64,000 bases of DNA from Hemiscyllium ocellatum (Eukaryota): contig NC_083428.1 in assembly GCF_020745735.1 (NCBI RefSeq), positions 28,582,001 to 28,646,000 of the forward strand, written 5' to 3'. This document shows, piece by piece, positions 1 through 14,019 of the stretch (position 1 is the first letter of the stretch; every line of letters begins with the position of its first letter). Below the pieces are notes generated by a model, which saw only the letters and a list, made by a program, of their open reading frames with translations, was not told the DNA's origin and ran no database searches. The translations under genes were made by a program, and so were the position numbers.

Positions 1-1232
1 CTTGTCTCTTAGCTGGGTTATTTTATTACAGACATCATTACAGAACAATATTAAATACCTAGGATTGTAACACGGTAAGATTAAGCTTACATTTCACATT
101 CAAAATGACACAGAAAAATCCGGACTATTTCAAAATTAAAACATAAATAAACATAAAACCTGTTCCCTTAATAGGCACATGCATGTCGCTTTGGCTCCTG
201 ACTGGTGCTAACAAACTGCCAATTGTGGCTACTGAGAACATCCACACTGTTGTCTTTTTGATTATTATCATCTTGTCCACTCTTAAATAACAAAGCATTC
301 ATTTCATCTCTTTATACTAAATACTAGTGCTTTCCTTTATCTAGTTTCGGAGATTAAGCATTAGTGCTAAAGCAATCTATTTTTGAACTTATGGTACTTC
401 AATTCAATTAAACTTTTAACATACACTGAGTCTTTCAGAAGTGCTTAAAAAAATCGTTCATTATACAACTTTTCTGGAATCGTACTTAAATATTTTATAC
501 CGACTTATGAATTTTATCTGGACTCTGGGGTTAAATTGCTTTGCCCCAATCAGGGATTGTGATTAACCCAAACTCATTAAATAGAATGCAAGTATAATAC
601 GTTCTGCTGCATGTTCATTGTAAGCAACAACCCCATTACATTTACAGTCTAACACTCCTTACAGCTGGCCTGTAATCCTTAAAGCTAGTCTGCACTTGCT
701 GAACATGCATTGTGAATAGTATGCTATGCAGTAATCAATAATAGAGCATGGAAGGGAGCAGATAATAAGGTTTTTGCATGTTCCACTCAAGGTCCTTGTC
801 AACAGATGAATCAGAAGATAAATGTCCAGTGCTATTGGGGCATACTCAGAAAATAATGGCAATAAATCGCTAAGGACCCCTCCAACAGTATGGTCTGTTA
901 GAACCTATACAGATCAGTGTTTAATCTTGCTGATATTGCTAACCTCTGTATCTGAATCTGTTCCAAGATGAGGATGTTGTGGCTATGGTGCCATCCTAAT
1001 GGAGATTTTGTCCTTAATGCAAAAGTCTTTATTCAGTAGTGTTGAAGAAACATAGAATGCCTACAGTAAGGAAAAAAGCCAATCGGCCCTTTGATACTTC
1101 AAAGAGAATCCAACCCTATCCTGTCACGCCTTGACTGCAATGAAGATGAACCTTAGAGCTGCTGAATTGCAATCATTAGCACTGCACACTTGCATAGGAT
1201 TGGATTTCATTACTTTTTTCAGCTAATTCAAT

Positions 1233-1935
1233 CAGTCATAGTCATAGAGCATAGAGGCAAGCTTTTCACCCCAATTTATCCTTGCTGACTAGGTTTTCTA
1301 AACTGAACTAATGCCATTTGCCAGCATTTGGCTCATATCCTTCTAAACCTTTCCCATCCATATACCTGTCCAAATATCTTTTAAATTTTGTAATTGTACC
1401 CACCTCTACAACTTCCTCTGGCAGCTCATTCCAAATATGTACCAGCCTCTGCATGAAAAAGTTGCCCCTCATGTCCCCTTTATATCTTTACCCCCTCACC
1501 TTAAATGTATGCCCTCAAGTTTGCACTGTGGTTCAGTGGTTAGCACTGCTGGCTCACAGCACCCTCACATCACCAGGGACTCAGGTTTGATTCCAGCCTT
1601 GGGCGACTGTGTGCAGTTTGCACATTCTCCCCATGTCTGCATTGGTTTCCTCCGGGTGCTTCAGTTTCCTCCCACAATCTAAAGATGTACAGGTCAGGTG
1701 AATTGGCCATGCTAAATTGCCTATAGTGTTCAGTGATGTGTGGTTTAGATGAATTAGTTAGGATAAATATAGGATAATAGGGTAGGGGAATGTGTCTTGG
1801 TGGGTTACTCTTCATAGTGTTGGTGTGGACTTGTTGGCCCGAAGGGCCTGTTTTCACACTGTACGGATTCTGTGATTCCCCTCACTGGGGAAAAGTCATT
1901 GGCTATTCACCTGATCTATGCCCCTCATGATTTAG
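1233..1935 (-). mobile_element. CR1/HER1-type LINE 3' fragment interrupted by an HE1-like V-SINE (about 1524-1878, plus strand)
   Basis: Reverse complement of the CR1 3' end seen repeatedly in this window (cttcctctggcagctcattcca...atgcccctcatgattt). It is split by a tRNA-headed SINE carrying the V-domain (gtttgcacattctcccc...ggtttcctcc). Confidence 0.75.
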
Positions 1936-3944
1936 AGGCTCTATTCACTCCCTAGTTACTCTTTTGCCATTAGTATTCTTGTAGAATCTCTTTGGATTCT
2001 CCTTTACCTTATCTGCCAAATTTATCTCATGTCCCTTTTTTGCCCTCCTGATTCCCTCTTAAGTGTCCTCTTCAAGGGATTCACTTGCTACCTATACTTG
2101 ACATATGCCTCTTTTTTTCTTGACCAGAGTCTCAATCTCTCTAATCATTCAGTGCTCCCTACTCCTGCTACAGACTTGCTCTTTACATGCTGGCCCTGAA
2201 CTTTTGGCATCTCGCATTTGAAAGCCAGACATCCTTTTAACTGTGAACAGCCTTTCCCAGTCAACTTTTGAAAGTTCCTGTTTAATACCGTCAAAATTGG
2301 CCTTCTCCTAATTTAGAACTTCAACTTGTGGACTAGACCCATCCTTTCCCTTATCCATTTTAAAGCACACAGAAGTTCAGTCACTAGTCCCAAAGTGACC
2401 CCAATAACACCTCAGTCACTTGCCCTTCGTTATTTCTGAAGAGGAGGTCAAGTTTTGCCCCTTCTCTAGTAGGACCATGAGCAGAAAACCTGCACTGTCT
2501 TACAGGGACATTGATCCTTCCTAGAGTGCAGTATCACATTGAGATGAAGCTACAGAACAGAGCAAGGATGAAACTGGTGATCAATGTGGCCCCAAAATCT
2601 CTAAAACTTAGATTCCTTCCAGGCTGGAATTGGCAACATTGCCAATATCCCGGAGTTTGTTCTATATCACAGAAAGGCCAGAGAAGGAGACTTTAGAGTC
2701 TTCTTTCAAACTACAGAGAAGTAGGACAAGTGGTCATGTGGCTTTGCCAGGGTGTTGAGACTCCCAGTGGTGTAAGGTGCCTCAGACTTTGCTTTGTGCT
2801 GTGATAATTCAGGCCAGCCTGCCTGGACCTGTCCACAGAAGAAACAATATCTGAACAAGCCAGTTTTCATGTTATCAAAACAGTTCCTTACACTATTCTT
2901 TCAATGTCTAGACGTCAGGAAAACTTCTGATGTTGCAGTAAATCAATGTCAAATCCTGTCCTTTTGTCAGTTTTATGACTACAGTGTTAAAAGTAACCTA
3001 TTAGCCATGGTGAACTGACATGACTGTTTAAAGGCTGGCAATATTCAGGTCACCTTTTCATGTCTTTTTGCCAGAAAAGGCTTCTCGGGTATCCAGGATG
3101 CTTCTGAATGATCCTATGGATATCCAACAGTCAATCAGAATCAAGTCTATGCTTGAAACTCACTCCATCCCTATGTCTTGTTGTTTTACCAGTCACCCAT
3201 TGTAACAACGTAAAAATGCTTATGTTTTCTTGTTTGCTGCAAAAACGAATGAGACTTGTACAGGATTGGATTTAAAGTGAGTATTTTATGTCAAATGATT
3301 CTCACCTCCTTGTCTGTTATTTTGTGATTCAATGATAAGCACAATATGAAAGCTTCACCATTAAGATCAACAATCTTTGAGTGCCTTCCACTAGACACTG
3401 TTGAAGCTGGAGATTGAGGATCTTCATTGAAACAAATTAGAACCTTCAGTAATGAAGTAACCTGGTTGTACTTTGGCAGGCTCTCAGCTCTTAGCAGCAT
3501 AACTGCTTTTTGGGAAAGCTCCACACTTAGCTTGTACTTTCTTACCGTAATACAGCTACGGTTAAACAAAAGTCTTCAGGCATGTCTCTTCACCATAACT
3601 GTAGAGTGATATGACACATAGGCACAAGAGAAAGCAGAGGGAGAAAATGATGCAGAAAATAAATTAGGTTATGTAGAATGGGAGTGACTTGTGAAAGGAA
3701 ACCTAGTCCATTGATTTTTAGAAGATCTGTAATTATTTCCTTACTTCATTTGTATAGTTTTACAATACGTAAGCAAACGAAAACATGTTTTCACAATTGT
3801 CAACTTTCATGAACCTGCTATTGCTAAGCAACGTGTATCATCTTATACATGGATATAAAAGTTATGATAAGCAATTCAAGTTATATTCACTAAAGCAGTA
3901 CTGAAGGAGTGCTGCATTGTTGCAGCTGCTGCTATCCAATCAGA

Positions 3945-4370
3945 TAGACAAGCAGGAGGTTCGAAGAACAAGCAGGCCAGGCAGCATCAGGAGGTGGAAA
4001 AGTCCATGTTTCAGGTGAAACCTTTGTTCAGGACTGGGGTGGGTGTGAGGGGAGCTGCAGATAAAGGGGAGGTCAGGAGGGGGAGGGTTTTGGGTGGGAA
4101 GAAGTGAACATAAGTAGAGGCTACAATCTGGTTGGTCAATGGGAGGAATTAATCTGGTTGGTAGCTGGAAGGAAGGGTCAATCAGAGGATTGGAAGGGAG
4201 GGGGAAGGACTACAAAGAGAGTTTGGGGACAGGGAGATTATTTGAAATTGGAGAACTCAGTGTTGAGTCCTTTGGGCTGTAGGCTATCCAGGCGGAAGAT
4301 GAGGTATTGTTTCTCCAATTTGCAGCCTGATTCACTGTGGCAATGCAGGAGGCCAAGGATGGTCATTCAA
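3945..4370 (-). mobile_element. Penelope-like element 3' fragment with decayed hammerhead motif
   Basis: Similar to the 22230-23073 element: same tail (gcaggccaggcagcatc) and end of the GIY-YIG region (ggcggaagatgagg). The minus strand reads CTGAACA...GAAACATG, a degenerate ribozyme core. Confidence 0.65.
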
Positions 4371-4614
4371 ATTCCTCTCTGCTGACTTAGCATATCTTAC
4401 ATTCATGTGAATTAGCCATCATATTATCTGAAGAGGAGTACGTAGTTTATTTCCCTGGTAGTTTATTTCCTCAACCAAACTTATAAAACCTGTCATTCAT
4501 TTTATTGTTGTTTGTAAAATCTTGCTTAGAGAAGAATGCTACAATATAATAGCAATTACACACTTGAACGTGAGACATTTGAAGTTTTTTGAGAGATGTG
4601 TCAACATCTCTTGT

Positions 4615-4926
4615 GGGCGGCACGGTGGCACAGTGGTCAGCACTGCTGCCTCACAGCGCCTGAGACCCGGGTTCAATTCCCGACTCAGGCGACCGACTGT
4701 GTGGAGTTTGCACGTTCTCCCCGTGTCTGCGTGGGTTTCCTCCGGGTGCTCTGGTTTCCTCCCACAGTCCAAAGATGTGCGGGTCAGGTGAATTGGCCAT
4801 GCTAAATTGCCCGTAGTGTTAGGTAAGGGGTAAATGTAGGGGTATGGGTGGGTTGCGCTTCGGCGGGTCAGTGTGGACTTGTTGGGCCCAAGGGCCTGTT
4901 TCCACACTGTAAGTCTAATCTAATCT
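4615..4926 (+). mobile_element. Full-length HE1-like V-SINE
   Basis: tRNA-derived head with A box (tggcacagtgg, about 4626) and B box (gggttcaattcc, about 4669). Conserved V-domain core tgtgtggagtttgcacgttctccccgtgtctgcgtgggtttcctccggg. CR1-like 3' tail ending in (TAATC)n. Confidence 0.9.
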
Positions 4927-5454
4927 CAGACAAAAGCTAGGCTGGTGCTTTGCATGTGTGTTTGTTTAATCTAGCTTGTGGCAGGCAATACTTGAACACT
5001 GACATTTAAATCAATCTTTCCTATCCCAGAATTGGAATCATACCTCCACTTACTTTATTCTGAATATTTATGAAGAATAGACCTTTATTTAACTTTTTTT
5101 AACAATGTGTAAAAATTAAAACCTTTTTAATCATCTATTTGATTTTAAATTGAGTATTTATTCAGAAAAGTTATTTATTTATATGGCTGCTGGGATTCTA
5201 ATAGTATGTGAGACATTGTGCGAAAAATAAATATTTTCTTTATTTTCAGAGAACTATTATTGACAGTTCCCACACAGAGCATACCTGAATCCTAAGTATT
5301 TAATAGCTATTTACCACCTGAAACTAGGAGAGGTTTCTTTATGCTGTACTCACTGCCTCATCAGCAATCTCCATCTTCAGCCTTGGCAATATCTAGCTGC
5401 AACATTTCATACCTTGTTAGAGTAACGTTGGTGTGTGTGCACTAGAATTACAGT

Positions 5455-8400
5455 TTACAGAATTAGACACATCCGTGAAGTCTGCACACATGCTTTGAGA
5501 CGCTTCTTTCGGTTTTCATTCAGCCTGGGTTTTGCAGGACAATTGTTCATCATGACAGGACTGTCTGAATAGTGCCTCTTATGGCTCCGGTGGAGAAGGA
5601 TGCGATAAGTCCCAGTGACGGGACTGTGACAGTCCCAATTAGGATTATTACAGATGTGCTCCTCTGTGATTCCCAGGCCTCTCAATGCCTTCTTCACCTC
5701 CTTTTCCTCTTCGTTTAGAGGGAGAGAACTGACTAGATGTGCTGGATTCAAGTGGAATGGTTGGTATGGCTCAGGACATTCCATTCCCTTCAGCCATGGA
5801 CTGTCCAGGATGTTGTCCAGGGTGTAGCGGTTTGTTGGAATGATTTGAAGAATTCCATGAATTAGTTTCCGGCAGGGATCTGATACATATGATGGAATTG
5901 TGTATGATCCTAGTAAAATGTACTTTTTCAGCTTCCTGATAGTTTCCGCACGGAAAGGCAAGGTTGCCGTCACCATGAAGTACAATAGGATGCCCAGGGC
6001 CCAGATGTCCACATGAATTCCAAAGTAGCTATTTTCTTTAAAGAGCTCAGGTGCTGCATATGGCGGAGAGCCACAACAGGTGTTTAAGGGTTCTGACAAA
6101 GGACACACTGCACTGAAGCCAAAGTCACCCAACTTCACACAGTTAGTAGCTGAGTAGAACACATTTTCTGCCTTGAGATCCCGATGGATCACATTGTTTT
6201 CATGCTGAAAAGGAAAATGGAAAGTTAAGCAAGTATGAAGGAAGGAAGGAAGGAATAGATGGGAAAAATTTGGAATTGATAGTAGATTAGTTTTAATAAA
6301 CATACCAGGCACACTGGAGCTATCACCAGCTCCAACTCCATCACTCCATTCCAACATTGACTTCTCCCCAGAGCATAGCCAAGATTAACATTTCTAAGGT
6401 TATTAAGAATAGAATAGAAGAATCATCTTAACCCTGCCTCTTTATTTCTCGGACAGACGTCTATCGGTCTTCAGTGCTTTGATATTCAGATAATATGGAG
6501 GGGGTCCCTAGATATATGTCCCACAAGTGAGGCCAGGTAAGTAATTCTCTTGGAGTTGGGATTCTATATGATTCTTAATGCCTTCCTTATCTGAATAAAG
6601 AGGTAATTCTTCTACAACGCACAGAGTGTCAGAAACAAACAGATCGAATTCAACAACACAATCTCAATTTGGTAATCTTCTCTTCATTTTCTGTTGCATC
6701 TACCCAGTCTTTTCTGATGGGTCTGCACTGTGGATTCCTTTCCTGCACTAGCCTCCTTTCCTGAACTCTGGATTGCTTTCTGACAATGGATTTCTTTCTG
6801 ACACTGGATTCTGTTAGTCAAGCACAGTTGGAAGATGGAGGAGGATAGAAAGCAACAGTGATATACACCTCCCAGTCAAGTTTAGTTGACAAATTGCTGC
6901 ATGACATTTTTTAAATTGTCACGTTTTTAACAGTTTTTAAAAAAATTCTTTGGGCTAGCATTTTCTCGCCCATCCCTAATTGCATTTGAATTGAGTGGCT
7001 TCTTCGGCCATTTCAGTGGGAAGTTGAGAATTAACCACATTACCGTCAATCTAGGGTCATGTCAACGTGGCAAGATTTCCTTCAGTAAAGGATATTAATA
7101 AGCGAAATGAATATTTTTAACCAACAATCAATGATAGTTTTATGGTCACCTTTACTGGGGGGTGTTTATAGTCCATATTTATTAATTAAGTTACAATTTC
7201 TTTAATTTCTAAAAGCTGCTGTCATAACATTCAAACCTATGTTCCCCAGAGCATTACTCTGAGCCTCAGAATTATTAGTCCGGTGACAATATTACTAAAT
7301 TACTGTTTCTATATCCTGTTTTGACTTCCATAAAGGCTGCCTTTACGGATTGTTTTTTCTTCCTTTCTCATGGTTGGTGCTGATGAGAATTTGAGGGACC
7401 CACAGAAGTTCTGATCCCAGATAAGGCAAATCCTATAAGCTTACTCGTGTCACTGAAAAATCAGGCCTCAAAGGACACAACTGATCACCATTAATCAGAC
7501 TGTTCAATTATCATGCTGAAGGGAGCCATGTCGCTGAATTCTAGAGTTGATGCTTTAGGGGCCCTCTTGCAGCAAAGTGGGGGTAGTGTCCCTACCTCTG
7601 GACCAAGAGACTAGGATTCAAGTTCTACTTGCTCCAGTGGTGGGTAATAACATCCCCTAATAGGTTGATTAGAAAAATAATTTTTTTTTAAAGAGATCAA
7701 GCTGTTGGAGCAACAACAGTCTGCTATTTTGCTCAGGCCAGAAGAACACAGGCCATTACTGCACCTGACCTTTAACCCCTTCCTAACTGAAGTTTGGAGA
7801 TTACATGCATCATTTTTTGACTACCCTCTTTACTTTTCTATGTATCTGATAATGTTGACCTGCCACAGAAAGAGTGTTTGTTGGATTATAGCTTATAGCT
7901 GGAGAAAGCTTCAGACTGTTTGCTGAGAAAATGGTTAAAGCTATGCCGACTTTCATATCACCAATTCACTGGATTATTGCAGATAATCTTGGATATGTTT
8001 AGGATCACAGGGCATGGGCCTATACACCCGAATTGCTAATTGGCATATTCTTACCTCACAGAATGTTCATGAAAATGCTTTTACTGTTACAGTTTAACTG
8101 CTATCACATCCATGTCAATATCCTTTTTTAAACATTTGGCTTTGTGATGGCTATTCATCAATAAATGTCTCAAGTTGTTCAAAAATCTCAACATCCTCAT
8201 TTCAAGGAGTCTCATCTGTCACCAAAGCTAAATATGATTTTCAGGCAATGCATGATTTGAAGTCTTGCAATATGAACTGATGCTGTCTTCACTCAGGACA
8301 ATATCATGGTAGATAACTACCTGCTTGTACTCAGGCGCAGTGTCACGTAGTGTTATGTATAATATTGTTCAGACAATCTCTGCATTCGAATGTGTTTCAC

Positions 8401-11400
8401 CAGCCCACTCACATGTGTCCTACTTGATAGAAACAGATGACGATGATGAACAGGAATTAATAATGCTCAGGAAACTTGGTAGCAAATACCATCTTGATCA
8501 TTGACCTTGGTCCTTGTGAAGGAACCAAAGTCAAGAGACATGGTCACATGCCAGTTGGTCATGCAGTGTTGTATAAATAAATGAGTACCAAATAAGTAAC
8601 TGCAATTCATTTTAGTGAAAAATTAGTCTTTTAAGACATGAGTAATATTTGGATGAGGGCAGAAGAAGAAAAGAATGACATACCTTGTAGGATCTTCTTC
8701 ATTTTCTGAATGTTGTGGCAACCTCTACACTATGCTGCTACCTGGTCATTCCATAAGGACTTTGAAGTATATAAAATTGATACTGCTTTCTTCCTCTCAC
8801 AATATCCTCTGGCAGTCTGAAAACTAAATGCAATCTGGTGGATATGTCAGACTTTAGTAATGATGCAGGAACGGAAAGATTATATAGATAATCGACCTTA
8901 AACGATTTGTCTTTAATATGAGATTGTCCATTAGGTGAATGTTTGGTACCAGTCTAATTTAGTCATGTGCAAAAAAGGCAATATCAACTTAATGATGTTA
9001 ATACAAGAGGCTTATTTTAAAGCCAAGACTACATCTCCACTTACCATATGTTTAACAGCTGATACAATCTGAATAAATATAAATTTACTCTCATATTCCA
9101 AGAGACGTCCCCTTGTGGAGACCTTGGTAAAAAGATCCCCTCCATCTGCATACTCCAAGACCAGGTACAGTCTAGATTGTGTTTCCAGCATCTCATACAG
9201 CCTGATGATATTTGGATGATGAAGTTGCTCCATACTCAGAATTTCGTTTATGAACAGTTGTCGTGACTTCTGGGTTATTTGCTTTTTATTCATGATTTTA
9301 ATTGCCACCTTTTCTACAAGTTACAGAGAGAAAGACACTCAATTATATTAATAATTCATAATATTTCAATATACCTGCAGAAGACAGGTGTCTGAATATT
9401 TGTCGCTTCTAGTAAATGCAAGTAGGCTATATTACAAACCTAACTGATCATCTTAAATTAGTTGTTAATGTACTCTTAGCACACTCAGAATTATTTAATA
9501 AATACTGCCCAATAGCATAATCACATGTAACATGAGAGATTACACCCTGACTTTTGTAAGCATGGATTCGTTGAGTATAGCAGTACGCTGCCTGTTAAAT
9601 ATGTGGAACTTCATATGCAGAGACATGTCCAGACATTGTACATTTTTAAGTAAGTAAAAGCATGAGGAATAATAGTCCCTGTGCATTTGTCATTGGCAAT
9701 CTCACAACCATAAGATCTGAACTGCCAACCAGTCAACATCACTTTTCTCATGCAGTACAAAATGTTCTACCCATTGAGACTTAACATTATTCTATCTGTG
9801 CTGCTGAGTGCAAGATGAAAGATTTTAACAGCATATCTCTTTTTGAAACAATACTTAAGTCTTGTTCCAAGTCAATACTCATGGGCTGTATATGTAGAGT
9901 TTTCTGAGCACCACTATACATCAGGATAGTGTGTACTAGGACACAAACAAAAATCTTTAATTTACTGAGATTGTGTATGCCGACTGGTACTATACTAGAA
10001 TAAGCCAAGCAGTTTTTAATATTTGGATGTTTTTATGTTGCTTTAATGTTGCCCCTTTCAATTTAATCACGATTGGTAATCTTCAGGACAATTTTATGTT
10101 AATGTTTGGATATAATGCAATTTTCGAGAAATGAGAATTGACAGAACAATGTTTCTTTATGATGTTATGACTGTAAACCCACACTGTTATGTAGGTACTG
10201 AGGCACAAAACACTTCATAACACAATATGATTCTACATCAAGTAACTGGAGCTTGCAAAGTAGTTGAATATCAGATTTATTAGTTAGGGTAAGGGTTGAG
10301 AGATTACTCAAGAGGCTGGAATTAAGGGAATAAAGACTTTAGGTGGAGATTGAAGGTAAGAAACAGAGGATCAAAAACAGAAAGAGTGTCTTAAATTTTG
10401 AAGTGGAATATAAACAAAACCAATGTTTGTCATAGAAGACAAGATTGCAAGGTCAGCAGGACTTGATGTGGGATATAATACAACATCCAAGTTTTGATGT
10501 GCAATAAAGTAATTATGGCACAGAAAGGGGTCTTTTGACTCATTGAATCCATGAGCTGAAGTAAAGGGAAAACAAAACGGTGAGTGAGCGATGAGATTTT
10601 AGCCCGGAACATTGAAGTAATCAAGTCTGAAGGCTCTAAAGGTATGAATTCACATTTTTATTTAATGCTAAATGGAATGAGGCAAGAGCAAAAATAGCTG
10701 ATGTTGTCCAAGTGTAAATAGTTGATCTTGTTACAGAGAAGACATGGGTTGAACATTCAACTTGGGAAAATAGGACCCTGAGGAGGCAAACAATTCCATT
10801 GAACTAGACAATGGAAGAGAGACTTTGGAGGGTAACCCAGTCACCAACCCTGTCAAAGGATGTGGAAAGGCTGATAAAGATGAGGATGAGTAATGGCCAT
10901 GTTCAGAGCAAATGTAATTAGAGAATCTGGTTAGGGATACCAAAATAAAGAGATTGAAGCATGGAATTGCATCAAACTGAACAAAACTTTGGAAGGCAGA
11001 ACCATATTGAATTAGTTTGCAGAAGGTGAGGCAATGACAATGACAGAGAGGTTGAGTTGTTCTTTTTAAAAAAAACACGACTTTCCAAGTATGGCAGTTT
11101 CAAAAGGGAGAATAACAGTATCTCAGGGCCTATTACAATGAAGGTTGAGAAGGGAAGTTCAGTTTCATAACTGTGGAGTCAAAGAAGCAGAAACTGGGTC
11201 TCAAGGATAAAAGAGGAGGGAGCAGAGAAACTAGACAAAACTAGTTCAGGGCTCAGGTGGGGGAGATGTGGAGGACAGTAGAGTTTGACTTTATGGCAAA
11301 GGAGAAGCAATGCAGTAAACGTTGAATGGATAGTCCCAGTCTCCTTTACAAAGGATTACTGTTGAAGTTTGGAGTGGTGATGCACAGAGGAAATGTGTTA

Positions 11401-13093
11401 AAGGCAACTGTTGGTCTTTTAGAAAAAAAGCTAAGAGCTATCTTTGCCTCCCAGAAGTGGTGGGTGGTTTTGGCAAATGAGGCAGAGGTTGATTGGTCTG
11501 TTGATATTTAGCTAGACAAGATGCATGGAATATAAGATTGTCAGTGGTAAATGAAAACATTGAGAAGGAAGATAGAAAGCAAAGGGTTTTTAAGAGACTG
11601 GTATATGAGAGATGTGTCTGAACAAACTGAAGACTGCTTAAGTGATGAAGGTCCATGAAATCTTTGAAATATGGAAATACACCAACTCATGCAGCTAAAG
11701 CTACATCGTCCACCTTATGATGTGGGCCACTCAGGATAAGAGGCTGAACTGCCAACTGTTCCTAAGTTCAAAGCCAAGGCATCCTACACAAATAAAGACT
11801 TGGTAGTACTACTATAACAACATTTATCGATTAACACAATCCTATCATGGGATCACCAATAAAGAAATATTTGACTAAGTACTCCAACTATCGAGATCAA
11901 GTTGAGCCGTCCAATTTGAAAATGTTAAAAAAAATGTTATCTTCATTACTCCAAAAAAGGCAAATAAAATGTAAAGAAGATACTCTCACCATCCACATTG
12001 TAAAAACTCATGTGAATGTTAACTGTAATCAATTGGTGCTGAACCTGAAATAGTAACAAATTACCTTTGCTGATAGTGGTTGTGTCTGTGATCATCTATG
12101 GAAGTATTCCTAGTGCAGGTTTTCTAGTGCTCTAAATGGGCCATGTTTCCAAATTAACTTGTGTTTGTTAGTCTTTGTGCTTCAGAAAACCCACAACTAA
12201 ATGCTTCGGTCACAGATGATGGTTGCTGTCAATGAGACTTCGTTATTAATTGAATGGAGGTGGATGCTGAAAAACTGCAGTACACAGAAACTCAGTGAAT
12301 CAGGTGGCATGTGTAGAAAATGAAATCAAATTAATATTTTAAGTTCTTCTGAAGAGTCATAATGGACATTTTCTGAAGGAGAGTCAAATTGGACTTGAAA
12401 TGTTAGCTGTTTCCGTTGCCACAATTGCTGCCAGATCTGCTGAGATTTTCGAGCACTTTCAGTTTTTATTTCAGGTTCCCAAATTGTCATTTTAACAATG
12501 TCAAAAATTGGTGATGATTGTCAGTGGTATTTTCCTCTGCCAGTTTTAATGAATGGTTTAAAGATGCATTGCTTGATGCATTAAGCTCCATACTGTTTCG
12601 TAATGTTTAGTTTAGAATGTAATGCTACTATTACATTGTTTCACAATATATTACAGAATCATAGTATGGCACCAAGTATTATAAAGCAGACAGATTGTTG
12701 TTTATAATCTGGATACCAGTATAAATTGTCTCTTGTGAAAATGGAGACAACCTCTAATCAGCCAGACTGCTCAGTATATAGAATAGGAATGGGTCAGGTA
12801 AACATACCTTTTGTCAAGCAGTGTATTCCAAGCTTCACTTTTGAAAAGTTCCCAGTGCCAATTTCTCCACGGAGTTGGTAAAATCCAATCCTTTTTCCAA
12901 GTATCAGGTCATTTTTAACTTTCTTGCTATTCTTCATGTCATAAATAACTTTCTCAAATGGTGAGAGTAAGATGTTTTGTTCCTCTTCTTTCTCCTCATC
13001 CATATGGCGTTGCATCTGCCATTTAATACTTCGTGTTGTGCCGAGGTAACCCCTCAAACTCTCGTTGTGAACAGAAAGATTTGCAACAGCCAT
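5455..13093 (-). CDS. nim1k: NIM1-like serine/threonine kinase (AMPK-related family); exons 13093-12808, 9313-9045, 6204-5455; 434 aa
   Basis: Exon 1 ...GKRIGFYQLRGEIGTGNFSKVKLGIHCLTK with donor G|GTATGT at 12807. Exon 2 (E)KVAIKIMNK...HPNIIRLYE...AVKHM|GTAAGT. Exon 3 HENNVIHRDLKAENV...DFGFS...CGSPPYAAPELF...CLIL*. Phases 1 and 0 join in frame (286+269+750=1305 nt). Orthologue versus paralogue of NIM1K is not resolved. Confidence 0.92.
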
Positions 13094-14019
13094 CAATAAG
13101 GTTCACAGGTTGTGTCTGATAAACTGGAATTTCTTCCTCAAAAAAAAGTCTGTCAAAGCTGGTAGGAAGTTCCCCTTTAAAGGAGCATCCTCTCAATGCA
13201 TTAGTTGATCCTCATTAAATTTTATTTCATTTAAGTTCCTAATGAGCTCTTTTCTTAAAAGATCCTTTCCAAGTTTGCAGTTGTACTTCAGAAAGCCCAG
13301 GACTAAATGCTTCTGCCACAGATGATGGCCGTTGGCAATGAGACAATAATATTATTACTTCATAATCGTTTGGGTAGACATTGAAAAATATTCACTTTGT
13401 CTTCCCCTTAATGGGAGATCTTTTAATTTTTCAGACAATGACTGAATGTATTCTGTGATGACACTGGAAGAAAAATAAACGTAATTTTGATAATGGACAG
13501 TCAGTAGATCTGTGCAAAGAATGTTATTTGATAAGGTGCACAAAATCTATTGTCTGATTTATAAAATAGCAAGAGATCAACCCATAGAGAACTATTTCAT
13601 GTTGTTGAAAAACTGTGATTGGAATGTCTATGTTCAACAAGTTATGCAGTACAAAGTTATTTTCCCCTACCAAGTATACATCCAATTTTCTTTTTAACTT
13701 ATTTAACATCTTCACTTTCATTACCCTTGGAGGCAACAAGTTCCAGGCCATTACCATTCAATTCTTAAAACAAAACATCACCCTCATACTCTTGCGCAAA
13801 ACATTATGTCTGTGTCACCTATACCTGGTACCACGAGCTAATGATAACTGTTTTTCTTCAATGAGGCATAAGGTGTTTCTGAAACTTCAGATGTCAGCCA
13901 AGAATATGGCTCTACTCTTTAAAGAGTGACAATCCCACTCTTCCTGTGACCCTTTGACAGTCCCACTTTAAAGCAAGGTGTAGGTTCACTACCAAATAAA
14001 ATTCGAAACAACTGTGAAT

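Noticed and set aside
4615-4690. tRNA gene
   Set aside because: The A and B boxes belong to the tRNA-derived head of a V-SINE and run directly into the SINE body; there is no complete cloverleaf.
6205-6357. N-terminal part of the 300-aa ORF 5455-6357
   Set aside because: Intronic read-through upstream of the AG acceptor at 6206-6205. The kinase continues in exon 9313-9045.
10240-11660. Purine-rich segment with short ORFs in kinase intron 1 (similar tracts near 33440-33900 and 61080-61480)
   Set aside because: Probably very old antisense L2-type LINE remnants, but too decayed to assign boundaries or family with confidence.
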